From Deltaproteobacteria bacterium (lineage in GTDB: Bacteria; Desulfobacterota; Desulfobulbia; Desulfobulbales; SURF-16): a DNA stretch of 50,472 bases. Positions 1 to 13,730 of the stretch are shown here, one piece after another. The translations under genes and the position numbers were made by a program. Every line of letters starts with the position of its first letter. Position 1 is the first letter of the stretch. A model generated the notes under the pieces. That model saw nothing but the letters and a program-made list of their open reading frames with translations, had not been told where the DNA came from and made no database searches. The stretch covers positions 3,182-53,653 of the forward strand of contig JAOZOY010000006.1 in assembly GCA_029933005.1 (NCBI GenBank). The letters run 5' to 3'.

Positions 1-21
1 CCTCTCGCTGAATAATCAAAA

Positions 22-957
22 ATGTTTTCTTCCGAAACTGAAATTCCCGCCTTGCGCTCCCTGTCATGCCGGACACTCATGACAGCGGGTCTCAAAACCA
101 AACTCGACCGCCGCGGCAACTCTTTCTCTCTCTGCTCCATTATAAATGCCAAATCAGGCAGATGCGGTGAAAATTGCCGCTTCTGCGCCCAATCGTCCCA
201 TCACCGGACAAATTCCCCTGTTTACCCACTGAAAAATACCGAAGAAATCGTCGCGGATGCCAGGAAAGCAAAAAAAAACGGCGCTAATCATTTTTCCATC
301 GTCACCAGTGGCCGGGGACTACATGAGAAAAATCTCGACAGGGTCATTGAGACCGTTACAGCCATCCGGGATAAGGTGGGTATCAAAGTCTGCGCTTCCC
401 TGGGTATTCTCAATACTGAAGATTTCAAGAGACTGAAGAAAGCAGGTCTTGCCCGCTATCACCATAACCTGGAGAGCTCCAGGGAATTTTTCCCGAAAAT
501 CTGTTCATCCCACACCTTCCAGGATCGACTGGACACCATCAAGGCGGCCCGGCTGGCGGGGCTTGAAATCTGCAGCGGCGGCATTATCGGCCTGGGCGAG
601 TCCGAAGAGGACCGGGTTTCCCTGGCTCTGACCCTGAAAGAATATGACATTGACTCTGCCGTGATCAATATTCTCATTCCCCTGGCCGGGACTCCCATGG
701 CTGATCATACGCCCATGGCCGTGAATGATATACTCCGCACCATCGCTCTCTTTCGCCTCATTTTACCGGATATCCCTTTGCGCCTTGCTGCCGGCCGAGA
801 AACTGCGTTGGCTGACTTTTTAAGCTCGGCCTTTCTGGCCGGGGCTGACGGCATGATGATCGGCGGCTACCTCACCAGGCACGGCCGCTCTCCTGAAAAA
901 GATCTTGCTTTTATCCAAGACATCAAAAAAATATGGACATCTTCTCTTCCTGGTTAA
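22..957 (+). CDS. bioB: Biotin synthase (radical SAM)
   Basis: NAKSGRCGENCRFCAQS carries the radical SAM CxxxCxxC motif; YHHNLE, CSGGIIGLGE and RLAAGRE motifs; adjacent to bioF. Confidence 0.95.
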   Translation: MFSSETEIPALRSLSCRTLMTAGLKTKLDRRGNSFSLCSIINAKSGRCGENCRFCAQSSHHRTNSPVYPLKNTEEIVADARKAKKNGANHFSIVTSGRGLHEKNLDRVIETVTAIRDKVGIKVCASLGILNTEDFKRLKKAGLARYHHNLESSREFFPKICSSHTFQDRLDTIKAARLAGLEICSGGIIGLGESEEDRVSLALTLKEYDIDSAVINILIPLAGTPMADHTPMAVNDILRTIALFRLILPDIPLRLAAGRETALADFLSSAFLAGADGMMIGGYLTRHGRSPEKDLAFIQDIKKIWTSSLPG

Positions 958-2090
958 GCAAACAGAAACAGGCTGGCCAATTGCGAAGCTTGACACCGGT
1001 CATCCGTGCAACCGACGGCCGTATCAATCTTGCCGAAACCGGGAAAGCACTCCTTGATTTTTCTTCAAACGACTATCTGGCCCTTTCCCTTCATCCCGAA
1101 GTCATTGCCGAAAGTCACCGCTATCTTGACCAGGCCGGCTGTGGAGCCGGAGCCGCCAGATTGATGAGCGGTGATCTTAAGCTTTACCATAACCTCGAAG
1201 AAAAAATCGCCCGACTCAAGGGCAAGGAAGCAGCGCTTCTCTTCGGCAGCGGCTACATGACAAACAGCGGCGTCATTCCGGCCCTGGCCGGTCGGCATGA
1301 TGTCATTTTTTCCGACCGGCTCAACCATGCATCCATCTATGACGGCTGTCGCCTGGCCAGGGCAAAACTTCATCGCTTCCATCATAATGATTTGAATCAT
1401 CTGGAAAAGTTGCTGCGCCGTCACCGGGGAACCGGCCAGGCCCTGATCGTGGTGGAATCCATTTATTCCATGGATGGCGACTTCTGCCCCCTGCGGGAAC
1501 TGGCCGCATTGAAAAAACGGTATGACTGCCTGCTCATGGTGGATGAAGCTCATGCCACCGGACTCTATGGAGCAAACGGCTCCGGCCTCATAGAAGAAGA
1601 GGGGGTGACGGACCTGATTGATATCGCCATGGGCACATTCGGCAAGGCCCTGGGCAGCTATGGAGCCTATATTGCCGCCTCGCAGAACATGGTGGATTAT
1701 CTGATCAACCGGGCCAGAAGTTTCATTTACTCAACCGCACTGCCACCGGCCGTTATCGGCGCCTCCACGGCCGCAGTGGACATCATTCAAACAGAACCCA
1801 AACAGCGCCACGAACTGCACAAAAAGGCGCGTCTCTTTAAAAATACCCTGAAAAAAGAGGGTCTGGATAATCTCGGTCCTTCCCAGATTATCCCGGTTCT
1901 GGTGGGTGACAGCGATAGAGCCATGACCATGGCATCAAAGCTCAGGAAAGAGGGAATTTTTGCCACTGCCATCCGGCCTCCCACGGTTCCACCGGGAACG
2001 GCCCGTCTCCGCTTCTCCATCACGCTCCATTTAAGCAATGATAATATTCTCCGCTGCGCCCGGCTTCTTCTCCAAACCTTAAAGCTCTAG
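933..2090 (+). CDS. bioF: 8-amino-7-oxononanoate synthase
   Basis: FSSNDYL, DRLNHASI, ESIYSMDGD, DEAH, GTFGKALG (PLP lysine) and IRPPTVP motifs. Confidence 0.95.
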   Translation: MDIFSSWLSKQKQAGQLRSLTPVIRATDGRINLAETGKALLDFSSNDYLALSLHPEVIAESHRYLDQAGCGAGAARLMSGDLKLYHNLEEKIARLKGKEAALLFGSGYMTNSGVIPALAGRHDVIFSDRLNHASIYDGCRLARAKLHRFHHNDLNHLEKLLRRHRGTGQALIVVESIYSMDGDFCPLRELAALKKRYDCLLMVDEAHATGLYGANGSGLIEEEGVTDLIDIAMGTFGKALGSYGAYIAASQNMVDYLINRARSFIYSTALPPAVIGASTAAVDIIQTEPKQRHELHKKARLFKNTLKKEGLDNLGPSQIIPVLVGDSDRAMTMASKLRKEGIFATAIRPPTVPPGTARLRFSITLHLSNDNILRCARLLLQTLKL

Positions 2091-2818
2091 CCATCCTCCC
2101 GTACCCTTGCCAGAGTCAAAACCTGCACTTCCCGGACGCCTGCTTTCTTCAAAGTACGGCTGCATTCATTGACCGTGGTACCGGTGGTAAAGACATCATC
2201 AATTAGTATGATTTTCTTATCCTTCACCTTTTCCGGATCAATGACCCTGAAGGCATTGGTCATATTTTTACGTCGCTCATCTCCTCTGAGAGTGGTCTGT
2301 GGACTGGTATCCAGACAACGAATAAAGGTATCGCAGTCGATTTTCTCCTTCTGTTCCGGATAAAAAACCCTGGCCAGGAAAAGAGCCTGATTAAATCCAC
2401 GCTGGCGCAGACGCTTTGCATGCAGGGGAACAGGCATAATGATGTCAGGCTGAAACAGGTCAAGGCATGGATCCGCCTTTTTTTTAAGTTTGCCTAACGT
2501 TGCCAGGCATTCCTTCCTGCCCCCATATTTAAGAGCATGAATTGTTTTGGCGATAACATCGTTATAAATCAAAACAGCCCTTGCTCTACTGAAAAGCCAC
2601 TGTTTTTCTAAACAGACGGAACAAAAATGATTTTCTCCAGATATAAATGTTCTGCCGCAACAGGTACACAAAGGTTCCTTGACAAAATTCAGCTTTACAC
2701 AGCAATCGGCGCAAAATAAAATTGCTTTTTCATCAAGCTGTTTTGTACAGGAAAGACAGCGTGAAGGAAAGCAAAGTTCTCTCACACCCCGGAAAAAATT
2801 GATGGCCTTGTTTCTCAT
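2087..2818 (-). CDS. comF: ComF family protein (double zinc ribbon plus PRTase domain)
   Basis: N-terminal CxxC pairs, PVPLH...RGFNQA, and IDDVFTTGTT PRPP-binding loop. Confidence 0.9.
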   Translation of the reverse strand: MRNKAINFFRGVRELCFPSRCLSCTKQLDEKAILFCADCCVKLNFVKEPLCTCCGRTFISGENHFCSVCLEKQWLFSRARAVLIYNDVIAKTIHALKYGGRKECLATLGKLKKKADPCLDLFQPDIIMPVPLHAKRLRQRGFNQALFLARVFYPEQKEKIDCDTFIRCLDTSPQTTLRGDERRKNMTNAFRVIDPEKVKDKKIILIDDVFTTGTTVNECSRTLKKAGVREVQVLTLARVREDG

Positions 2819-3026
2819 TGCGTATTATCTTGAAAAGGTTGAGGAGTTCAAAGTTCAAGTGTTAAATCGACAGATCCGGACTTTCACTCTCGTGGGCATA
2901 GTTTTATTTTTTCCACAAAATCAACGAACTATTCAAAAAGAAAAGAAAAAATCTTGTGTTTTTCGTGGGGTTGGTGGCTGAAAAATAATATTCTGGTATC
3001 TTTGAACAAATTTAAAAGGAATCACC

Positions 3027-3188
3027 ATGAACCCAATTCTTATAGTATCACTTTCTTTGCTCATCGGTGTCATCACCTTTATCATCATTCTAAAAAAAGG
3101 CGGCAGCAACTGCACTCCCTGAATCATGATTTACGGATCCATAGGTATGGGTCTCCTGGTATATTATCTTTTCAATAAATTCTTTTAA
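3027..3188 (+). CDS. Putative 53-aa membrane selenoprotein with CxxU motif (UGA at 3120-3122 read as Sec)
   Basis: AAGGA RBS, then ATG at 3027; translation MNPILIVSLSLLIGVITFIIILKKGGSNCTP-U-IMIYGSIGMGLLVYYLFNKFF to TAA at 3186-3188; SECIS-like hairpin at 3135-3154. Confidence 0.65.
3135..3154 (+). promoter_or_regulatory. Putative bacterial SECIS element
   Basis: Stem GGAUCCAU/AUGGGUCU with AGGU loop beginning 21 nt after the UGA, the same offset as the selD hairpin. Confidence 0.6.
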
Positions 3189-3208
3189 TACATAATGTTA
3201 TCTTTAAA

Positions 3209-4333
3209 ATGAAAGTACATGGCGAACATTACCGGACAATATGGCCTGATGCCAAACATCCTGAAATCATCAAGATCATTGACCAGCGTCATCTTCCCCA
3301 TGAGTTTATCATTGAAAATCTCAAAACCGTTGCTGATTACGCCACAGCTATTTCTGAAATGCATGTTCGCGGGGCCGGACTCATCGGCGCAACAGCCGGT
3401 TTCGCCATATATTGCGCTGCTCTTTCCGCTCCGGAAAATAATTTTGACCCCTTTATAGATGAAGCGTCCCAAAAAATTCTAAAAACCAGGCCCACGGCTA
3501 AAAATCTGGCATGGGCTGTTGATCGTCAGCTTAAAACTATCAAAAATGAATCCAACCCGGCCGCTAAAAGAAAAAAAAGTTTCGAGGTTGCCTGTAAAAT
3601 AGCGGATGAGGACGCGAATTTTTGCAGACAAATCGGCGAGCATGGTCTGAATATTATCAAAAAAATAAGTGAAAAGAAAAACGGCGAACCGGTCAACATC
3701 CTGACCCACTGCAATGCCGGCTGGCTTGCCTTTGTTGATTATGGTTCAGCCACCGCGCCAATTTATGCGGCACATAACAGCAATATCAAAGTTCATGTCT
3801 GGGTTGATGAGACAAGGCCCTGGTTGCAGGGGGCGAAACTGACCTGCTGGGAACTGGATCAGGAAGGAGTGGAGCATACCTTGATCGCCGATAACACCGG
3901 AGGACATCTGATGCAGCATGGAATGGTCGATCTGGTGATTACCGGCACGGACCGCACCACCTCAACAGGTGATGTTGCCAATAAAATCGGCACTTATCTC
4001 AAGGCGTTGGCGGCCAGGGATAACTCTGTTCCCTTTTATGTCGCCCTGCCTTCCTCAACCTTTGACTGGCGGATAAGAGACGGTGTGAAAGAAATTCCCA
4101 TTGAACAGAGATCCGCCGATGAAATCAACTATATCACTGGTTTGATCCAAGATAACCGTCAGGCAACTATTAGTATCAGCCCACCCGAAACCAAGGCGGC
4201 AAATTATGCCTTTGACGTCACCCCGGCCCGGCTGATCACCGGTCTTATCACCGAAAGAGGGGTTAGCAAAGCCGACAGAAAGTCTATTCTTGAACTTTAT
4301 CCAGAACATAGAGAAGATATGACAGCATCATGA
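3209..4333 (+). CDS. mtnA: S-methyl-5-thioribose-1-phosphate isomerase
   Basis: MHVRGAGLIG, TRPTA, ILTHCNAG, DETRPWLQG, NKIGTY and FDVTP motifs. Confidence 0.95.
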   Translation: MKVHGEHYRTIWPDAKHPEIIKIIDQRHLPHEFIIENLKTVADYATAISEMHVRGAGLIGATAGFAIYCAALSAPENNFDPFIDEASQKILKTRPTAKNLAWAVDRQLKTIKNESNPAAKRKKSFEVACKIADEDANFCRQIGEHGLNIIKKISEKKNGEPVNILTHCNAGWLAFVDYGSATAPIYAAHNSNIKVHVWVDETRPWLQGAKLTCWELDQEGVEHTLIADNTGGHLMQHGMVDLVITGTDRTTSTGDVANKIGTYLKALAARDNSVPFYVALPSSTFDWRIRDGVKEIPIEQRSADEINYITGLIQDNRQATISISPPETKAANYAFDVTPARLITGLITERGVSKADRKSILELYPEHREDMTAS

Positions 4334-5418
4334 AACAGAGGTCTGAATCTTCTGATTCCTTCTTTAATCCGTGGATGTATACGGTTTGTCAATAATACCA
4401 TGACCAATTGCCGCTGGGGATCTATCCAAAAGGATGTTCCTGTAAAACCAAGATGTCCCATGCTTTTGTCAGAAATATACCTTCCGCCGCTTGATCCTTT
4501 TTTCGATGGTGTGTCAAAGCCGAGTCCCCAGCTGCTGTCTCTCACCATAGTTTGCTTTCTTAAAAAAAACTTTAAATCCGCCGTTCTAAAAAAAGGGTGC
4601 CTCATCCAGCCCTGATGAATATCATGAAGCATGGAGACAAGGGCCATGACCCCATTTATTGTCCCGAACAGCCCGGCCTGACCTGAAACGCCGCCAACTG
4701 CATAGCTATTTTGATCATGTACCTCGCCGCAGAGAATCTTTTGCCGCCACGGACAATCTTCGGTAGCTGCATATTTTTTTTCTTTTTTCTCATCCAGAAG
4801 ATTAAAAAAAAGATCTTTTTCAAGATCAAGCGGTGCCAGTATACGATTTTCAATATATTGATCCAATTTTTTTAGTGACTTCATTTCAATCATTCTTCCC
4901 AGCAGCATAAAACCAAGATCACTGTAAACCGCTTTGCAACCGATTTCATACTCAAGAGGTTCGGCCAGGATACGGGAAAGAAGTATATCTTGTCGCTTAT
5001 CTTTAGGAAAATTAACTATTTCTTTATAAAAAAGACGGTGGGCTGGCAATCCGGAACAATGGTTCAAGAGATGAAACAGGGTAATTTTTCTTTTTTTTGA
5101 GGAAACTTCTCTTTCCAGGAGATCATCGAGCCTGTCATCAAGGCGTATTTTTTTTTCTTTAATCAGACTCAGAACAGCAAGAGTTGTGGCCAGGGGTTTT
5201 GTCAAAGAGGCGAGGTCGAAAAAAACTCCCTTATCAAGTTGTTTTACTACCGGAGTTACGGCCCTGTGGCCGAAAGTCATAATATATTTTTTTCTTTCAG
5301 CCGGAGATCCTGTCATCACACCCACTGAGGCACCAGGAAAAATGGACTTTTTCAGCGCTGAATCAAAAAGAAAAGATAATTTTTCGTGAAGCGAAATAAA
5401 ACAAGGATCAATTTCCAT
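4297..5418 (-). CDS. Serine hydrolase, beta-lactamase/class C-like family
   Basis: FDLASLTK (SxxK), YSDLGF, GEVHD and GHLGFTGTS motifs. Confidence 0.85.
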   Translation of the reverse strand: MEIDPCFISLHEKLSFLFDSALKKSIFPGASVGVMTGSPAERKKYIMTFGHRAVTPVVKQLDKGVFFDLASLTKPLATTLAVLSLIKEKKIRLDDRLDDLLEREVSSKKRKITLFHLLNHCSGLPAHRLFYKEIVNFPKDKRQDILLSRILAEPLEYEIGCKAVYSDLGFMLLGRMIEMKSLKKLDQYIENRILAPLDLEKDLFFNLLDEKKEKKYAATEDCPWRQKILCGEVHDQNSYAVGGVSGQAGLFGTINGVMALVSMLHDIHQGWMRHPFFRTADLKFFLRKQTMVRDSSWGLGFDTPSKKGSSGGRYISDKSMGHLGFTGTSFWIDPQRQLVMVLLTNRIHPRIKEGIRRFRPLFHDAVISSLCSG

Positions 5419-5454
5419 ATCAGGCCGTTCGGGAAGGTATAAAAAAACAAATTT

Positions 5455-5870
5455 TCATCCCTTTATTATTATTATTATTCATTGAAATTATTACTAATTT
5501 GAACTAAAATCAGTAAAGTAAAAATCTCGTTTTTTAATGGGTTAAAAGTACTATAATTTCAATTGGTTGTCTTAAAAAAGAAAAAGATTTATTTTTGAGA
5601 AAAAAACATTTTGTTCAGTGTCTGACGGGACATTATTTTTTTGTGCTGTTTTAATTTTTTTTAATCGATAAAATCTCTGTTGAAAACGTGTTTATTCAAT
5701 TTTGAAAACGTGTTGAAAACAAAAAAATATATATATTCCCACAATTTTTAAAAAGATCATGATTAATAAAATTTTCTGATATTTAAACAATTTATATAAT
5801 TTTCCAACAAACTAACAGATTTTATTATTATAAGTTTTTAATATATATCTATAAATAAAAAATAAGGATT
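5455..5870. other. Probable replication origin (oriC)
   Basis: Very AT-rich gap directly upstream of dnaN. Degenerate DnaA-box-like 9-mers: TGTTGAAAA at 5678 and 5711, ATTCCCACA at 5735, TTTCCAACA at 5801. The last is followed by TTA repeats at 5821-5832 (DnaA-trio-like). parABS lies in the same window. Confidence 0.65.
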
Positions 5871-5877
5871 GTGAATT

Positions 5878-9440
<3,563 letters not shown>

Positions 9441-9559
9441 TTAGTTTTATTAGTTCAATTTGTTTTATTTGTTTAACTGGCCGGTAAAGCCGGTAAACAA
9501 ATTCAACCGACTAAACTAATCAAACCAATCAAACCAACTAAACTAATCCAACCAATAAT
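9441..9559. repeat. Degenerate 9-mer tandem/inverted repeat tract (AAACYAAYY)
   Basis: Left arm ttagttttattagttcaatttgttttatttgttt mirrors right arm aaactaatc-aaaccaatc-aaaccaact-aaactaatc-caaccaata. Confidence 0.75.
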
Positions 9560-12037
9560 ATGACAGAACAAGAACAGCAAGAATCACCAACTATTTCCAT
9601 AGAGAAGGAGTTGAAAAAATCTTATCTCGACTATGCAATGAGTGTTATTATCGGTCGAGCTCTGCCCGATGTAAGGGATGGTCTTAAGCCCGTGCATCGA
9701 CGGGCACTTTTTGCCATGCGGGAGCTTGGAAATTATTATAACCGGCCTCATTTGAAATCAGCGCGTATTGTTGGTGATGTTATTGGTAAATATCATCCCC
9801 ATGGTGATACGGCTGCCTATGATACCATTGTCCGAATGGCCCAGGATTTTTCAATGCGTTATCCTCTGGTGGATGGACAGGGCAACTTTGGCTCAGTTGA
9901 CGGTGACTCACCGGCTGCCATGCGGTACACCGAAGCCCGGATGACAAAAATAGATCAGGAGATCATTACCGATCTGGAAAAGGATACCGTCGATTTTGTC
10001 GCGACCTATGATAACAGCATGATGGAACCCGTAGTTTTTCCAAGTAAAATTCCAAATCTGCTGATAAATGGCTCATCAGGCATTGCCGTGGGCATGGCAA
10101 CCAACATTCCTCCCCATAATTTGAATGAGATCATGGATGGTCTCATTGCCATGATTAATGATTCCAATATCACGGTCCATCAGCTGATGGAACATGTGAG
10201 TGGACCGGATTTTCCCACAGGTGCCTACATCTGCGGCAGGGCCGGCATCAGGCAGGCCTATGAAACCGGACGGGGCAGCCTGCTTCTTCGGTCTCGATAC
10301 CATATTGAAACAAACAAAAAAAAGAGGGAATCGATTGTTATCACGGAGATTCCTTATCAGCAGAATAAAGCGGTTCTTGTTGAAAAAATAGCCCGGCTGG
10401 TTAAGGATAAAAAAATAAATTCTATTTCCGAAGTGCGGGACGAATCAGATCGCCATGGTATGCGTATTGTCCTGGATTTGAAAAAGGATGAGATGGCCGA
10501 AGTAGTCATCAACCAGCTTTACAAAATGACGCCTCTCCAGCGCAGTTTTGGAATCATCCTGCTCAGTATCGTTAATAACAGGCCGGAGGTACTGAACCTT
10601 AAGCAGATTTTTGAATGTTTTATCCAGCACCGAAAGTCAGTTATTTATCGCCGTACAGCATTTGATTTGAAAAAAGCGGAGGAACGGGCTCATATTCTGC
10701 AAGGCTTGAAAGTGGCCATTACCAATCTTGACGAGGTGGTTGCACTGATCAAGGCATCGGCCAATCCTAAAGAGGCGAGACAGGGGCTGATGAGTCGTTT
10801 TGATCTTTCAGAAATCCAGGCCCAGTCCATTCTGGAAATGCGACTCCAGAAATTAACCGGACTGGAAAGGGATAAGATCATCTCGGAACTGGACGAGCTG
10901 ATGAAACAGATTGAGATGTTTCAGCAGATTCTTGGGAATGAAGCCCTTGTTCTGGATATAATCAGGGACGAGTTTGTCGCCATTAAAGAGCAATATGGAG
11001 ATGATAGACTGACTGAGATTATCGAAGCCCCGGATGAAATTTTGCCTGAAGATATGATTCAGCGTGAAGACATGGTGGTCACGGTCACCCATGACGGATA
11101 TATCAAAAGAAATCCGGTCGATCTTTATCGTTCCCAGCGCAGGGGCGGCAAGGGGATCAAGGGAATTAAAACCGTGGAAGAAGATTTTGTCAGTCATCTC
11201 TACCTTGCCTCAACCCATGATACTTTTTTGTTTTTCACCAATTTAGGCAAGGTGTTCTGGCGCAAGGTTTATGAGATTCCTCAGGCCAGCCGTATTGCCC
11301 GGGGCAAGGCCATTGTCAATCTTCTTGATCTGGGACAGGATGAAAGAGTCGCAGCTATTTTACCGGTCAAATCTTTTGAAATTGAAGATGGCGAACAATG
11401 TTTTATCATGATGGTCACCAAATTGGGTGTGGTCAAAAAAACCGTGCTGCAAGAATTTAACAGGCCTATCCGCAGAGGTAAGATTGCTTTAAGAATCAGG
11501 GAAGGGGATGAAATTATTTCCGCCGCCCTGACCTCCGGGCAAAATAAAATTCTTTTGGTTTCTCATAACGGCATGGCCGTAAAATTTCAGGAAGACGATG
11601 TCAGGGCCATGGGCAGGACTGCCAGCGGGGTCAGGGGAATCAGGCTGGCTGAAGATGACCAGGTTGTCGGCGTGGTGGTGCTGGAAACCGATGAGTCAAT
11701 TCTTGTGGTGACCGAAAATGGTTTTGGCAAGAGAAGTCCGGAGATGGATTATCGGCTGACCAAGCGGGGCGGCAAGGGTGTCTTTGCCATTAAGACCAGC
11801 GAGCGCAACGGTAAGGTGGTTGGTGCGCTGCAGATTACCGATGAAGATGAGATCATGCTGATCACCAATGGCGGCAAGATTATTCGGATGAATATGGAGC
11901 ATGTCCGAGTGATTGGCAGGAATACTCAGGGCGTGAAACTTTTTGATCTTGGGACTGATGAAAAGGTGGTTGGTATGGGAATGGTGCCGGAGTCTTATAA
12001 AAAAGAAGATGGAGATGAAGGGAAAGAAGACGATTAA
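9560..12037 (+). CDS. gyrA: DNA gyrase subunit A
   Basis: [19 protein letters not shown] (catalytic Tyr), GyrA-box QRRGGKG and acidic C-terminal tail. Confidence 0.98.
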   Translation: MTEQEQQESPTISIEKELKKSYLDYAMSVIIGRALPDVRDGLKPVHRRALFAMRELGNYYNRPHLKSARIVGDVIGKYHPHGDTAAYDTIVRMAQDFSMRYPLVDGQGNFGSVDGDSPAAMRYTEARMTKIDQEIITDLEKDTVDFVATYDNSMMEPVVFPSKIPNLLINGSSGIAVGMATNIPPHNLNEIMDGLIAMINDSNITVHQLMEHVSGPDFPTGAYICGRAGIRQAYETGRGSLLLRSRYHIETNKKKRESIVITEIPYQQNKAVLVEKIARLVKDKKINSISEVRDESDRHGMRIVLDLKKDEMAEVVINQLYKMTPLQRSFGIILLSIVNNRPEVLNLKQIFECFIQHRKSVIYRRTAFDLKKAEERAHILQGLKVAITNLDEVVALIKASANPKEARQGLMSRFDLSEIQAQSILEMRLQKLTGLERDKIISELDELMKQIEMFQQILGNEALVLDIIRDEFVAIKEQYGDDRLTEIIEAPDEILPEDMIQREDMVVTVTHDGYIKRNPVDLYRSQRRGGKGIKGIKTVEEDFVSHLYLASTHDTFLFFTNLGKVFWRKVYEIPQASRIARGKAIVNLLDLGQDERVAAILPVKSFEIEDGEQCFIMMVTKLGVVKKTVLQEFNRPIRRGKIALRIREGDEIISAALTSGQNKILLVSHNGMAVKFQEDDVRAMGRTASGVRGIRLAEDDQVVGVVVLETDESILVVTENGFGKRSPEMDYRLTKRGGKGVFAIKTSERNGKVVGALQITDEDEIMLITNGGKIIRMNMEHVRVIGRNTQGVKLFDLGTDEKVVGMGMVPESYKKEDGDEGKEDD

Positions 12038-12308
12038 GATTTTGACGTGAGTCCGATGTTCCATGTGTCTCATCGATGTTGAATTACCTCATTGTCATCG
12101 TCGACAAGACATTTTTCAACTTGCCTTTTTTAATTTATAAAAGATTCTTGATGCAGTCTGCAGAACTCGTTAATCAAATTTTTTCTGGCTGACAGATCCA
12201 TTTTGAAATAAAGCGGGCTTAATATCAGAATTTTTAAGGCTTCTCTCTGTGTCATAGCGGTCACCCTTTATAAAAGATGGTGATTTTGAGCGATAATTCA
12301 AAAAGTGT

Positions 12309-12424
12309 AATGTAAATATTCGGCTAGCACCCCATCTTTGAACGATCAGGCCTACTCGCATATGAATCAATATAGCTCACAGACCTGATCGTCCAAATAT
12401 GGGCCACTATCCAAAATTTACATT
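12309..12424. repeat. ~110-nt palindromic GTAA...TTAC element, subfamily A
   Basis: ~45-bp imperfect inverted arms; homologous to 27674-27780 and 45148-45250. Confidence 0.8.
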
Positions 12425-12694
12425 TCGGTGATTTTTGTAATAATTTATTATAAAGTCGAATGTTTACAAAGTAATTTTTTTAATTCCTTTATTTTAAATA
12501 AATAAGCAAATTTTGATCCAATTTGAAAAAAAGTAACATTCTGAATGTATGAATTTGATTTTACGTATATTTAATTGGGGTTTCTAAATAATTTTTTTCG
12601 ATTTGTTTAAAAAAAACCAAAAGCTTTACGGAAAACAGGAAAAGAGTTTTGTTTTTCCGAATTTTTACAACAGGCTGAAAAGGTAAAATGAGAG

Positions 12695-13714
12695 ATGGTC
12701 TTTCAGCAGCAGATAGCCGTCATCGGTGCGGGCAGTTGGGGAACAGCCTTGACAAAGCTTGTCAGCGATAAAGGTATCCGGGTCAGGTTATGGGGACACC
12801 GCAGGGATCATGTTGAAAAAATCAGGAAAGAAAAAGAGAATTCGACCTATTTACCGGGGGTTGTGCTAAGTGAAAATGTTGAGGTTGTTGCAGATATCGA
12901 AGAGGCTGTAAAAGATCTGAACACCATTCTCATGGTTGTTCCGTCACATGTCTATCGTCAGGTTTTTGAAAAAATCGTTCCATTTCTGGAAAAAAATAGC
13001 ATAATTATTTCTGCGACAAAGGGGATAGAGAATGAAACTCTGTTGACCATGACCCAGGTGATGACTGAAGTCTTGGAGAAAACAGGAAAAAAGGCGGATT
13101 TTGCCGTTTTATCCGGACCGAGTTTTGCTAAAGAGGTTGCCCGGCAGACCCCAACGGCAGTAACTGTGGCGGCCCATGACAAAGAAATTGTCAGGCAGAT
13201 ACAGCAAATTTTTTATACTGAACGTTTCCGGGTCTATGGTTCAAGGGACGTCATCGGTCTTGAACTGGGCGGCGCCTTGAAAAATATTATTGCCATTGCC
13301 GCCGGTATCTGTGACGGTCTTGGTTTCGGTACAAATACCAGGGCGGCTTTAATAACCAGGGGCCTTGCGGAAATCACCAGACTGGGAGTGAAGATGGGAG
13401 CGGATCCTTTAACTTTTTCAGGTCTCGGCGGTCTGGGAGATCTTGTTTTAACCTGCACCGGCGCACTTTCCCGCAACAGAACCGTTGGTTTAAAACTGGG
13501 ACAGGGAAAGAAACTGGCAGTTATTCTTGATGAGATGGAGATGGTGGCCGAAGGTGTAAAGACAACAAAATCGGCTTGGACCCTGGCAAGGAAGCAAAAG
13601 GTTGAAATGCCGATCCTTGAACAGGTCTATCAGGTTCTTTACCGGGACAAGAGCTGCGAGGATGCGGTTCACTCTCTTTTGCTTCGTGATCTCAAGGAAG
13701 AAATTTATTATTAG
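12695..13714 (+). CDS. gpsA: NAD(P)H-dependent glycerol-3-phosphate dehydrogenase
   Basis: GAGSWGTA, ATKGIE, SGPSFA, GALKN, GDLVLTC and SRN motifs. Confidence 0.96.
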   Translation: MVFQQQIAVIGAGSWGTALTKLVSDKGIRVRLWGHRRDHVEKIRKEKENSTYLPGVVLSENVEVVADIEEAVKDLNTILMVVPSHVYRQVFEKIVPFLEKNSIIISATKGIENETLLTMTQVMTEVLEKTGKKADFAVLSGPSFAKEVARQTPTAVTVAAHDKEIVRQIQQIFYTERFRVYGSRDVIGLELGGALKNIIAIAAGICDGLGFGTNTRAALITRGLAEITRLGVKMGADPLTFSGLGGLGDLVLTCTGALSRNRTVGLKLGQGKKLAVILDEMEMVAEGVKTTKSAWTLARKQKVEMPILEQVYQVLYRDKSCEDAVHSLLLRDLKEEIYY

Positions 13715-13730
13715 CTGGTGAACGGTTACA

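Noticed and set aside
2954-3178. 74-aa (+) and 64-aa (-) ORFs from the track
   Set aside because: No RBS or protein-like features; they overlap the better-supported 3027-3188 frame.
9441-9559. Tandem tracts here and at 29120 read as CRISPR arrays
   Set aside because: Units are 9 nt with no unique spacers, and no cas genes are present.
12057-12072. parS-like TGTTCCATGTGTCTCA
   Set aside because: The right half has three mismatches and the palindrome is broken.
12170-12370. 66-aa minus-strand ORF in the gyrA-gpsA gap
   Set aside because: It starts within a palindromic repeat and has no RBS or recognisable motif.
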